39,306 nt of DNA. It comes from Octopus sinensis. Its lineage: Eukaryota. The stretch covers positions 1 to 39,306 of the forward strand of contig NW_021835539.1 in NCBI RefSeq assembly GCF_006345805.1, written 5' to 3'. The position numbers and the translations under genes are program-made. The notes beneath the pieces are model-generated. The model saw nothing but the letters and a program-made list of their open reading frames with translations, made no database searches and was not told where the DNA came from. This document shows, piece after piece, positions 24,130-36,229 of this stretch (position 1 is its first letter; every line of letters begins with the position of its first letter).

Positions 24130-25268
24130 TCAAAGAAAACTTGTAATGTGACTAGTAGCGACCTCTTTTGAAAATGAACAAAATATGGCTTCGTGCAGAA
24201 AAAGGGTTTATTCCCCAAGGGCGATCATGCTGACACGGTTGCTATATTAGGTGATGACACTCCAACTTTATCAACTGTACAAAAGTGGACAGTGTAATTT
24301 AGGAGGCGAACTGAGAGTATTGAAAAGGACCCAATGTCTGGACGTCCTGCTACTTTCACCACCGAGGAAAACATTTAACATTTTTACCGCATGGTGATGG
24401 ATGACGGGTGATTGACTATAAATCAAATAGCCAATGGTATTAGCATTTTCGGTGACAGATTTGAGAATATTCTGCACTTGGCATGAGAATGGTTTCTGTT
24501 TGGTGGGTGCCACCGCTTCTGAGACCTGATCAAAAGCACACTAGGCTGATCATATTATTCTAAAATCCGACATTGCTTGAAGCAGACTCAGCTGAATTCC
24601 TTGAACCTTTCTTAAGCCACGATGAGTGTTGGATTAAACACTTTGAGCCTCAGACAAAAAGATAATCCATGCAGTAGAAACACACGTCTTTACCTGTTCC
24701 AAGGAAGGCCGACATCGTTTCATCTGCATGGAAGGGGATAGTCTCAGGTTTTTGTGATGCAAAAGGCATTGTGTTTATTGACTATTTTCAGAAGGGCTCA
24801 ACCATCGATGGAGGGTATTATACCATCTTACTGAAGCAGTTACAAAAGACTATCGAGACCAAATGCTCCGGGAAACTAATGCAAAGGGTTTCGTATCATC
24901 AAGACAATGACCCAGCACATACGTCATTGCCTTCAATGGCTGTTGATCATGGCCCTGGTTTTGAACTAGTTGATCACCTTACTTCTTCCCCCGATTTACC
25001 CCCTTCTAACTATTGTTTGTCCATCAACTTTCAAAATTACTCGGTTGGGAATCGTCGTCGCAGTGACGATGTCATCATATCTGCTGTTGCTGACCTTTTT
25101 TGAGCAACAGGATGAAAGCTTGTTCACGAATGGGATTCAAGAACTGAAATACCAACGGAAGGGTTGCGTGAACCTCAAGGGGGAGGTGTTGAAAAAAAAC
25201 CCTCAATTGCTCACATTCGTTGAGAGTATCTTTGTCAGACTATGAACTTTTCAGCCGACCATCATATG
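24130..25268 (+). mobile_element. Degenerate mariner (DD34D-type) transposon
   Basis: Motifs SGRP, WVPPLL, HDECW, HQDNDPAH and SPDLPPSNY. Right TIR-like end gactatgaacttttcagccgaccatcata at ~25238-25266. Multiple stops and frameshifts. Confidence 0.88.
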
Positions 25269-25487
25269 TAGGATGCCTTAATAAATAAAAGCGATTTAGG
25301 AAGATTAGCTGGATATTAAGCTATTGTATGGTACCGTTGTAAAACGTTTGAAAATGTTGGGCAAAACAGTTGCGGTCCCCATTTGGCCATTGATGATACG
25401 AATATCTTACGATAATAAAATATCGATTATTAATTAAGATTAAGGAATTTTACTAGAAAATGTAAAACATGGAAGAATTTATTTCAG

Positions 25488-25559
25488 ATACGAAAAAACT
25501 GGAGGAGAAGGATCTCCTGAAAGTGGCACGGCAATTGGGAAGCAAATGGTGGCAAGTGG
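25488..25559 (+). CDS. Exon H, death domain N-terminal part: (D)TKKLEEKDLLKVARQLGSKWWQV(G)
   Basis: Acceptor ttatttcag ends 25487; donor gtgagt at 25560. 72 nt, phase 1-1. The L..VA..LG..W..(G) pattern is typical of death-domain helices 1-2. Confidence 0.85.
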
Positions 25560-26099
25560 GTGAGTAGAAAATAATAATATCTAATTGATTTCTGTAAATG
25601 TTAGTTTTACTTAAAGCTTTTGTATGTCAGATTGACTGAGAACAGGTTCCATTCCTAATTTCCATTTGAAATGTTATATGTAAAATAATTCTATTAAATA
25701 TATTAATGTAATTTAATGAAAATGGGGTAAAATGGATAATTAATAATACACAATAGAATCGATTTTGTCTTTGGCAAGATGTGGACTAAAACAGGTTGTT
25801 CTTTAAGGGTAAACAGATGAGCTAATGACAATGTTTTTGTTTGTCTTACATTTTTACTAAGTTTACTGCTTGGTATTTGTAAGGAAGGGAAATTAATATC
25901 CAGAATAAGTCTTGTTTATTCCACCGTAAGAATTTGAGGCAGGTTCTTCTTAGGATCATTGTGTAAACAGCAGATAATTTCAGCTCATATAACAAATATT
26001 TGACGTCTTAATCACATGGCATATGTCTGTAGATGTTTTAACGAAAGACTAACTATAGAAAACTGATTAATCATATCATATTCTCTCTAGCCAAGAAGA

Positions 26100-27000
26100 T
26101 AGAATTTTTCTAAGAGAATTTAACAGAGAATGAATAGTCACAAGTCAAGCCAAACTGGAGGTGACCTCTCTCACTGAAACTGATATAATTATAACAGAAC
26201 AGACTCAGGAGAATTGATGGAATCTAGAGTTCATTGAGAATTGGTGAGAAGAATTATTTGGACAAGACTCAATTTGGATTGAATTTGACTCAGAATTATC
26301 GACTCTTGAAATATAACTGATCATTCGATTTTCAGTATCGTTTTGGGAATTTTGCAAGGTGATAGACTGCAAAGAGAGGCATTACTTCCATGAACTTTTG
26401 AATATCAGATTTGGGCATATTGAGGAGGCGGTTGATTCAATATATTCAACCTCATTCACTAAAGGATCATATTGGGACTGAACACAGCATTTCAAAAAAC
26501 AGGGCCTGGGTTACTCAACCAAGTTGGAATTGATGTCCCATCTATAGATTGTCCGGAATAATTGGACATTCTTCGATGGGTGGGGGTACATTAGATGCTG
26601 TACAAAACAGGAAACAGATTGAGTGAGGTCCATGTTTCACGTTTAATTTTTGGAGCGGCAAGCAAGTTCCATAGCTTTCCAAAGAAAACAATTGTATCTT
26701 TCACACTGTCCATTTATGGTGGGATCATACGCGCATGTCTTACTAGAGGCAACAATTTCAATAGGAAGCCATTTTTTACAAATCGTCTGACATGATGCAG
26801 CAGCCTGTATTTAAATACACATCGCTGGAATACAGAATATTGATAGTATACAACAAAGATGGTTGTTGAAATACTAATGTCTGTACATGGACGAACAACA
26901 GGACGTCTTCTAGAATATTCATCTACCACAGTAAAAATATATTCATTATGAGCAGCAGATGAAAGCAAACCAATAAAATGTCAATTAACTCACTGAAATG
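26100..27000 (-). mobile_element. Degenerate Ty3/Gypsy integrase fragment
   Basis: Minus-strand YIFTVVDEYSR, NGQCERYN and SIPTWLSNPGPVFLK..QYDPLVNEVE match Gypsy integrase core and C-terminus; frames are broken; no LTRs seen. Confidence 0.72.
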
Positions 27001-27599
27001 ATCGTGATGCTTATCCTGTCAAACTATATTTCTTTGAAAATGTCGATGAAGATGTCTTCGTTCGTCAGGATCTACTTTATCAATATAAAAGCCTCAAAGA
27101 TGAATTCGTCAGTTCTAAGCCACCATTATCTGTATATGGACTGTCAACACTATTACACCTTCTAAATTATTTAATAATTTATCAGTTGTTTAGTCAGGTA
27201 TCTGCCTTCATCTGGAAGACTTCAGATTGTTCCAAGTGTGACGTTTCTGTCTTTTACTTGGAAGCGTAAGACTGCATCATTAAATGTGTCCTTTTTCAGA
27301 TGTCACTACTTATCTTGAGTGACATATCGTGGCCTCTCCACCTCCCAGTGTTCATCTAGTTGAGGATCACACTTCACTCACCGGTAGATATTCGTGAGTC
27401 TTCTTTCCTGCGAACTAAAACTCTTCGTATGTTTACATTAAGAACTTTCCATAATCAGCTTCTCTCTAAATTGATGGCCTTGATCCAGTGAAATAAATTA
27501 TTATTATTATGCGTCATCCAGACAGAATACTTCTTCTATAATATGTGAGATGTACCTGACAGTATTATATTAATAATCCAAAGAAGGTAAGGCATCGCA

Positions 27600-27895
27600 C
27601 AAGACTATTTAAGCATTGGTCATGTTAAACTGCTACTTCTCTGCATTGAGTGGTCACAACTCCAGTATTACTGAGATGTGATGAGAATGTCAGAGGAAAG
27701 ATTCCTCAAACTGTGCCAACAGAGATAGACCCCAGGGTTAGACCAGTAATGAGATGGTCGGATTATAGTCATCGACTTTGCCGTTTATGCTTGGGAAGCC
27801 AACCAAAAAGTCTAATGACAATTGCTTCTGATAGGACTTTATGGAGGAAGTACTTGAGGGAATATCGTCAGGACCCCGCCAGGAATATTGAGCTG
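27600..27895 (+). mobile_element. RTE-clade (Rex3-like) LINE 3' fragment
   Basis: ORF 27650-27904 contains RP..RWSDY..RL..LG.....IASDRTLWR, resembling the RTE ORF C-terminus GRPRTRWRDY...VAxDRxVW. Confidence 0.55.
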
Positions 27896-28258
27896 AGAAA
27901 ATGAATGAGGAGATCAAATGGTTCGTTGGTGGTTTATGTTGATTCTTTAGGCTCTGATACACGTTTGCCTTTACAAACACTTCTCCTGCAATTTATTCAC
28001 CATAAATATTCTCAAGTGTAATTTTCGTTCGATCTTTGAAATTTGTTTCTCCGTCTTCAGCCTTTATTTCAACTTCTCTTATTTTTGTCAACATCCTTAG
28101 AAATAGAAAACAAAGTCTTATATTTTTCCTTTTTCTTAACTATTTCTTTAAGTCTCATATGCAGTTTCTTTGTTATATTTATAACAACCTACAGTACACG
28201 TCTTTCATATAATTGTTAATTTTTTGGCAATTATTTCTTATTCTTATATCTTTTGCAG

Positions 28259-28464
28259 GTATTTTCTTGGACATTAAAACTTCCGAGCTGGACATTATCA
28301 AGCGTGACAATAGTAATGACATTGTAGAACAGAGCTATCAGATGATGTACAAATGGTTCACAAGTTGTGAACCAAAGAAACGTACAGCTGAAACAATAAA
28401 TGCAGCTCTTGAAGAAGCTGAATGTTATAATGCCCTTCAATGTCTATCGTTGGACAAAAACTGA
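28259..28464 (+). CDS. Exon I (terminal), death domain C-terminal part: (G)IFLDIKTSELDIIKRDNSNDIVEQSYQMMYKWFTSCEPKKRTAETINAALEEAECYNALQCLSLDKN*
   Basis: Acceptor tatcttttgcag ends 28258, phase 1. LG/LD...ELD.I...N..D..EQ.YQM..KW....T...L..AL pattern of death domains; stop TGA at 28462-28464. Confidence 0.88.
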
Positions 28465-28723
28465 ATCTCTGTGTAGTTGCTGATCTTATTAAGTCCAAGG
28501 TCTACCTTCGCCAACAGATACCCATCATCAAATGCCTTCCATCCAGGACCATCCTATCTTTATCCAAATTATTGACAAGCCATAAGCACATTATCCAATG
28601 TGTCCTTGTTTAAGGTGATAAATTGCGAATCAAAGAGGATTCAGCTACTAATTGTAGCACGTCTATAGACCACAGAAAAACTCCCTGAATGATTTGGATT
28701 TCTTGCTAAAGATTGAGGTTTGA

Positions 28724-28729
28724 AATAAA
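28724..28729 (+). promoter_or_regulatory. Candidate polyadenylation signal AATAAA
   Basis: AATAAA hexamer about 260 nt after the stop codon; weak evidence in AT-rich DNA. Confidence 0.3.
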
Positions 28730-28921
28730 GATAAACTTTGAAATGTCCATTTGTTGTTGTTGCTGTTGTTGTAAATCTAATCACCTCCCTAAACACTCCC
28801 ATTGTTATAAGAACAGTTTTAATATCCTCTGGTATATTGACAGTTACTTGCCTTCATTTATAGCTGAGAGTAGAATGTCTGGTACAGAAATATTAATGTC
28901 CTTCCTCTGTGTGTATCATAT

Positions 28922-29110
28922 AGCGATATATTTCTTTATTGCCCACAAGGGGCTAAACATAGAGGGGATAAACAAGAACAGGCAAAAGGAGTAAGTCTAT
29001 TACATCGACCCCAGTGCGAAACTGGTACTTTATTTATCGACCCCTAAAGGATGACAGGCAAAGTCGACCTCGGCGGAATTTGAACTCAGAATGTAACGAC
29101 AGACGAAATG
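28922..29110 (-). mobile_element. tRNA-derived SINE (second family), head cut by the adjacent LINE
   Basis: Reverse complement has B-box-like GAGTTCAAATTCCGCCGAGGTCGAC followed by catcctttaggggtcgataaataaagtaccag. Confidence 0.75.
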
Positions 29111-29111
29111 T

Positions 29112-30845
29112 TTAGTTAGTTAGTTAGTTAGATAATTTTTTGGCTCAAAAAGCAAAAAATCAAGGCCATGTAGGGGGACATGGAGTTATGTACAGGGTGG
29201 TGTTCATGTAAAGAGTTCAGGCCACTTGAGGTCAAGGGAGACTTTGAACCGAGCGGTCGTCGGCATCTTCACCATCTCGTCTGGCAGCTTATTCCACGGA
29301 TCCGCAACACGGACGGAGAAAGACCCTCTCCTTCGATTGAGATGAAATCGTCGCAGATGGAGCTTTTCGGAATGACCCCGCAGCCGACGCTCTGGAGCAG
29401 GAGTGAAGAACTGCTCTTTCGAGAGGTTACACTTTCCGCTTATGATGTTGTGGGCGAGAATGAGATCACCACGGCGGCGGCGTTTTTCTAGAGAATAAAG
29501 GTCGAGCGTCTTCAGCCTTTCTTCATAGGACAAACTTTTGAGACCATGAATCATGCGGGTAGCCAGCTTCTGGACTCTTTCGAGATGCTGAATGTCTTTG
29601 AAGAGATAAGGAGAAGAGGCTTGAATCCCGTACTCCAATATGGGTCTCACCAGCGGAACATAGAGTGGTAGGAATATGGCTGCTGTGAGCATTCCGAATG
29701 ACCGTCGAATCAAGAACAGAATTTCTTGTGCTTTGTTGGCAGCATGGACGCACTGGGCCGAAGGAGAAAAGGAGGATTCCACCAAGATACCCAGGTCCTT
29801 TACCTGATCGTTCCTCTCCAGCAGTAGACGGCCCGGCTCGAAATCAATTTGAGTTGCAGGAGGAGAGCCAACAGACAGATGACAGCACTTTGACACGTTC
29901 AGACACAGGTCCCATTCGTTAGACCACCTCCAAATTTGGTGGAGGCATCGACCTCTACTCTATCACCGCGAGGAGCAACCAATTTGACATCGTCGGCAAA
30001 TAGAAAGGGTGTGTTGCGTGAGGTCGTCGGGCAAGTCATTTATGAAGACTAAGAACAATAAGGTAAAGCACTGAACCTTCAGGCACGCCACAACTCGCCT
30101 ACGTCTGACCGCGACGTCGCGACCGACCACATTAACTTCGACTTGGAAGGAGCGATCTGAGAGGAAGGCACCAACCCATCGTACAATGTCCGGATGGAAA
30201 CTATATGCTTGAAGCTTGACAAGTAATAGGCGGTGGTTTACCGAGTCAAAAGCTTTGGCAAAGTCCAATAAAACGATGTCAACAGCATCACTATCATCGA
30301 GGATGCGCGTCACCAATTCTTCCATTACCAGTAAGTTGGTCAAGCATGATCTCTCGGGACGAAGCCGTGTTGGGAATCAGAGATAGAGGCTGTGTGTTTT
30401 GGAGGTGGAGCATCATACTTTTCTTAAGGATGGTTTCGAACATCTTGCTGATTATTGATGTAAGGGAAACCGGTCGGTAGTTAAGCGGGCTTCGCGGCTC
30501 CCTTTCTTCGAAATTGGGCAGATTATCGCTGTTCTCCAGTCCGCAGGTATAACACCCGTCGCCAATGACATATTGAATAGACGTGTTAAGGGCTCGCAGA
30601 TGACGGAGCCAACGCTTTGATACCTGTGTGTTTTATGCGTCAGGGCCTTGACCCTTGTTGACATCGAGGCCTTGAATAACACGTGTTGACTTCGTCCCGC
30701 GTGATGACAACTCGGAGCATTGGAGGACCGATCTATCAAAGGAGGGGGTTCACGACCATCATCTTGTTTGAAAATAGTTGAAAAAGCCTCGGCAAAGAAT
30801 TGACACTGTTGATAAGTGTCCTCAATTTATACGCCTTTTGAGTAT
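29112..30845 (-). mobile_element. 5'-truncated CR1-group LINE (RT domain plus C-terminus), (TAAC)n 3' tail
   Basis: NYRPVSLTS, LDFAKAFDSVNH, LFADDVK and HLERVQKLATRMI..LSYEERL..L.LYSLEKRRRRGDLI; intact 230-aa C-terminal ORF at 29204-29896; ttag repeats at 29112-29130. Confidence 0.92.
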
Positions 30846-31256
30846 CTGTGTATTATGTATGTGTGCATTTCAAAAAATCGATTTGCACGTTCGAGAATAC
30901 TTGATAGGGAGTCCAGCAGATTGGTCGAATATGTATGTGTGTATGTATGTATGTATGTATGTATGTATGTATGTATGTATGTATGTATGTATGTATGTAT
31001 GTATGTATTTATGTATGTATGCATGTATGTATGTATACATGTATGTATGTATTTACGTATGTATGTAATGTGTTTGAAAATAGTTGAAAAAGCCTCGGCA
31101 AAGAATTGACACTGTTGATAAGGGTCCTCAATCGATACGCCTTTTGAGTATGTATGTACGTATGTATGAATGTGTTTATGCATGTGTGTATATATGTTTG
31201 TATGTATATATGTATATATGAGGGTATGTGTGTACGTACTTATGTATGTGTGTACG

Positions 31257-31757
31257 TACGAGTGTGCGTCGAAAACTAATGTCATTTTGTTTAGGAAAGG
31301 TAGAATTACCAACACAGGAACATGTATCATACATCAAAATGAATCTTGGCCCCAGTGGATCACATCCCTACTCTTTAATATAGTTACCGTTTCTCTCAAA
31401 AGCAATGTTTCTTCTTCGAATGAGAGCATGTATTCCTGCCCTGTAACATTCTGTTGAATGTTCTTTGAGCCACATCTTCACCACAGTTCTTACTTCCTCG
31501 TCACTGGTATAATGTTTGCCTCTCAAACCCTCTTTTGTTGCGCCGAAGGGATTATAGTCTGAAGTGCAAAATCTGGTGAGTGTGGAGGTAATGAAGAAAT
31601 GGCTCAAAGAACACTCAACGGAATTTCACGGGCGGGGATACATGCAGTCATTCGAAGGTAGACCATTGCTTTTGAGAGAAACAGCAACTATGTTGTGGAT
31701 AAGGGATGTGATCCACTGAGGACCAGCTTCATTTTGATGTATGATACATGTTCATGG
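31257..31757. mobile_element. Mariner-derived palindromic element (two inverted copies of a mariner 3' end)
   Basis: TIR-like TACGAGTGTGCGTCGAAAACTAATG at 31257. Minus strand encodes ...DYNPFGATKEGLRGKHYTSDEEVRTVVKMWL. 31318-31482 is the reverse complement of ~31590-31753 (roughly 80% by eye). Confidence 0.75.
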
Positions 31758-32304
31758 ACGGCCGTCATCTCTCTCTGTCTGTCTGTCTGTATGTATGTAT
31801 GCATGTCTCCTTTGAGTGCTACTGGGAACATGTAACCCAGTACATCCTGCTTCATGATCGGGTCGTCGGCGACTAAACCGGCAACCCCACCAGGCTTGCT
31901 TGGTGATGAGAGTGTTGTTGGACACTCTGCTGGATGCAAAATAAGACTCGTGAAACGGCGCATGTAGTCCAGAACAGTCAATTTCTTTATTAACCATATA
32001 AGGTAAAGAAAATGGGGTGATGATGCAAGGAGAGACAAAACAAATATTGGGGTGAAGGGATAGAATGATCACCTGACGAACTTATGAAGATAGCAAATCC
32101 AACGGAGGCCTCAAGCGACATTTTAAGACCTACAAACTGCAGAATTTATCTGCAGGTCTTGGTTGCCCAAATTGGAGGATCGATCTATGTGGGTGTCTTT
32201 TCAGAATATTCTTTCTTTTGAAAAGCCACATCAGGCACCATAATGGTGCTAAGGTGTCGGTAAGGAGTTGTTCAAACTTTGTATAAGGAGTAGACAACCA
32301 CCAT

Positions 32305-32810
32305 GTATGTATGTATGCATGTATGTATGTAAATATGTTTGTATGTATGTATTTATTTATTTATGCATGTATGCATAATTGAATGTATATATGAATGTAT
32401 ATGTATAATTAATGTATTTATGATGATGTAAGAATGTGTGTACGTATGAATCTATGTACCTACAGACATACATAAGTGCATACGTACATATACATGTACA
32501 TAAAACATACATACGCACATACATATACATGTATATATATGTACACAGATATCTATATACATACACGCAGACATATATATACGCATACATGCATACATAA
32601 GTACATTCACACGTACATACATACACACATGTATGTATGTTTGTATGTATGTAATGTGTGTGTGTATGTTTGTATGTGTGTATGTATGTCCGTATGTATG
32701 TATGTGAGTATGTCTGTATGTATCTATATATGTTTTTATATATGTAAGTATGTATATATGTATGTATGTATGTATGTATGAGTGTCTATGCATATAGGTG
32801 TGTTTGTGTG
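32305..32810. repeat. Degenerate (TATG)/(TACA)/(TG) microsatellite field
   Basis: Direct inspection. Confidence 0.9.
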
Positions 32811-32814
32811 TTTT

Positions 32815-33450
32815 TGAAAAATCGATTTGCGAGTTAAAGAACATTTGAAATGGAGTCCAGCAGATTGGACGAATGTGTTGTGGTCGGACGAATCAAAGTC
32901 CATCTTGTTCGGTAGTGATGGCAGGAAGTATGTAAGAAGGCGTATAGGCGAAGAATTCCATGCAAAATGCGTTCAACCTTCAATTAGGCACTCTGGAGGA
33001 AGTGTGATGATGTAAGGGTGTATGTCTGGAAAAGACGTCAGTTCTATAATTCGAATGGATAGTAAGTCCTATCTAGAAATATTGAATAATACTATGCTTC
33101 CATACGCCCGAAAGCATTTGGACTTTCCAGCATGACAACCACCCGAATGTCACCTGGTACCTACTCAGAAATTACATTATACCTAAGAGATTTCGGTTGA
33201 TATAGTGACTAACGCCGTCGCCCGAGCTGAAACCCATCGAAAATCCTTGAGAATGGTTGGGTAGAGCTGTGAAAAGTATTAAGACAAAGAATAAGTAGAA
33301 TTTTTTAAAAGCATTATTAGCCAAATGTGGGAAAAATCTGCGCAACATTGATAAATGTTCTGAACATTTGTATGTTTCGCAGATGCAAAGCTCAATTATG
33401 TAATTTTGGGTTCCCAAAATACTGACTCTGTGATTTTATTGCTTTTTAGG
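32815..33450 (+). mobile_element. Degenerate Tc1-like (DD34E) transposase fragment
   Basis: VLWSDES; FQHDN (D at 33134); SPELKPIEN (E at 33239, exactly 35 codons after the D); C-terminal GFPKY*. Confidence 0.88.
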
Positions 33451-33924
33451 GATTTCAGAATGAAGTTTAAGAGCAAAAGAACAACAACAAAATATGAAAT
33501 GTTACACGTTGTCCTTAAGTTAAATGGTACTCTAAATTATGATAATTAAGATTTCTTTTTAATCTAAAATTAACATATTGATGTTACGCTGTAAAGCTGT
33601 ATACCCTATTAAAGGTCGTAAGAGTTTCTTTATTTAGATATACAAATTAATTCACAAGTTACAAGTTGAATATATATATATATATATAAATGAAATTTGA
33701 ACATTAGTAAATTAGGGTTCTTAAGTTCGATGACGCCACTGCAATTGTTTGGAAAATGTGGATTTAGTGTCAAAAAGGAAAGAAGGATGTAAAAAGAGAA
33801 CAAAGGGACACTGTTCTTCAGCTGTATATAGATGGGAGATTACTAAACAAGTATTGAGCAACGAAAAACACTTTAGTTGTGGAGTGGTTTAATTAGCGGA
33901 AGGCGTAGAGATTCTCAAACACAT

Positions 33925-36173
33925 TTGTGCATGTGTGTATGTACTTATGTGTGTATATATGTATATGCGTGAGTATGAATGTATGTATGTGTGCAGCGTG
34001 AATATGTGTACGTAAGTGTGTATGTATGTGTGTGTGTATGCATGTATATATGTGTATGCATGTAAGTGTGTGTATGTGTATTTAAGTAAGTGTGTATGTG
34101 TGTATTTTTGAGTGTTCTTATATATATGTGTGTGTATGTATCTGTGTAATTATGTATGTGCGTATGTGTATAAATGTGCGTATTTATTTGTATGTGTATG
34201 TAAGTATATGTGTATGTATATATGTGTACATGCGTGTATGTGTGCTGCATGTATGCTATGTGTGTAAGTTCACAAGTTTGTCTGTCTGCATACATGTGTA
34301 CGCATAAATACATACACACACATACATATATATACACATACACATGTATATATACATACATAAATATTCATACATACATGCTTAAATATCTACAAAGATA
34401 CAAAAACGCATACATACATCCACACATAATATATACGAATGTGGATATGTATGTATATATTTTTTTATATATGAATGTATGCGTGTATGTTTGTGTGTAT
34501 GTGCGTGTGTATGTGGTGTTTGTACGTATGTGATTAAGTATGGAAATATGTATGTGTGTGTATGTGTGTATGTATGTATTTACGTATGTGTATTTGTACG
34601 TCTGTATGAATGTATGTGTGTGTATGTGCGAATGTGGGTGTATGTAAGTATGTGTGTAATTCTGTATGTGTGTGTGTATATCAGTATGCATGTGTGTATG
34701 AATGTATGCGTGTAACTGTGTATGTTTGTGTGTATGTGTGTATGTATGTGTGTATGTGTGTAAGTATGTGTGTACGTATGTGACTATATATGTGTGTATG
34801 TATGCATGTATGTTGGTATATATGTAAGTGCTTATATATGTATGTGAGTATGTACGGATTTGTATATGTCTGTATGTGTGTATATATGTGTGCATGTATA
34901 TATGTATGTATGTGTGTATGCACGTAATTATATATGCATGTATATGTGTATATATGTGTCTATGTGTGTCCATGTATATATGTTTGTGTGCATAGAGGTA
35001 TGTATGTATGTAGGTGTGTATAATGTTTGTGTTTGTCTATGTGTGTTAAACTCATACATACACATATACATACCTATATACAATCATACGCAGATACACA
35101 TATACATTCATACATTCATTCATGCACACATACACACATACATTGATATCCAAACACACACCTACATGCACACATGTGTGTAAGTGGATATATATGTATG
35201 TGTGCAAGCATGTGTGTATGTATGCATGTATATATGTGCGTATGTTTTCGTGTGTGTTTTTAAAAAGCTATGCATGTATGTATGTGCTTATTTCGTATGC
35301 ATGTTTGTGCGTATGAGTGTATGCGTATATTAGTGTATGTATGCATGTTATATATATGTGTGTATGTATATACCTATATATGGATGTGTATGAATATATA
35401 TGTGTATGTATGTCTTCATGTATATATGTATGTATGTCTGTATAATGTGTGCATGTGTATATGTATGTATGTCTGTATTATGTGTGCATGTATATATGTA
35501 TGTATGTGTGTATGCATGTATTTATATAAGCATGTGTATGTGTATATATGTGTATGTGTGTGTATTTGTTGTGCCTTTGTTAGGGCACTCCTTCTAGGAG
35601 AAGTTAACTCAGGTAACTGGGATAACTCCGACATAAAACCTGCGGCTCAGTGGTTACCGATGATGTTCACTTGTTCTTCTTCTTTTCGGATTATGGCTGC
35701 TGTCGCTTAGTGAGTGGGATTGACTCAGTGCACAGCCTTTCCTTACATTAAAAAACTTCTTGCACAGGCATTGCACGATAACAACATTTATTAAGCTTTT
35801 GCGCAATGGCCATACTCGATAACGAGGGGGCAGCCACCATGTATGTATGTGCGTATGCTCGTGGGTATATATGAATGTTTGTATATACATGCACACATGC
35901 ATAGATACACGCATACATTTATACATACGTACACATACATATGTACGTAAACAAATACACACATACACACATGTATATATGTATGTATGTGTGTATGTAT
36001 GCACGTATGTATGTATGCATGTGTGTGTATATATATGTATGTATACATGAATGAAGGTGTGAATGTGTGTTAATGTGTATATATGTGTGCATGAATTTGT
36101 GCATGTATGGAGGTATGCTTGCATGTATGTATGCATTCATCTATGTCTGTATGAATCTATGACTGTATCTATG

Positions 36174-36229
<56 letters not shown>

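Larger units (their letters stand above)
3395..28464 (+). other. Span of a multi-exon gene (5'-incomplete): ankyrin repeat-RING-death domain protein, Mind bomb (MIB2)-like
   Basis: Nine exons with GT-AG boundaries and matching intron phases (2,0,2,0,0,2,1,1). Joined translation gives ~6 ankyrin repeats, a C3HC4 RING and a death-domain-like C-terminus ending in TGA at 28462-28464. Confidence 0.88.

Noticed and set aside
3395-28464. Calling the gene a true MIB2 orthologue, or a definite pseudogene
   Set aside because: It has only one intact RING plus a death domain, and the N-terminal MIB-HERC2/ZZ region is not visible, so no symbol is given. The lesions fit sequencing deletions, so pseudogene status is unproven.
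31800-32305. Possible RTE-type LINE scraps (EDRSMW)
   Set aside because: Only one short motif; not classifiable by eye.
35575-35830. Unique-sequence island within the microsatellite field
   Set aside because: No ORF, splice pattern or repeat family I can identify.
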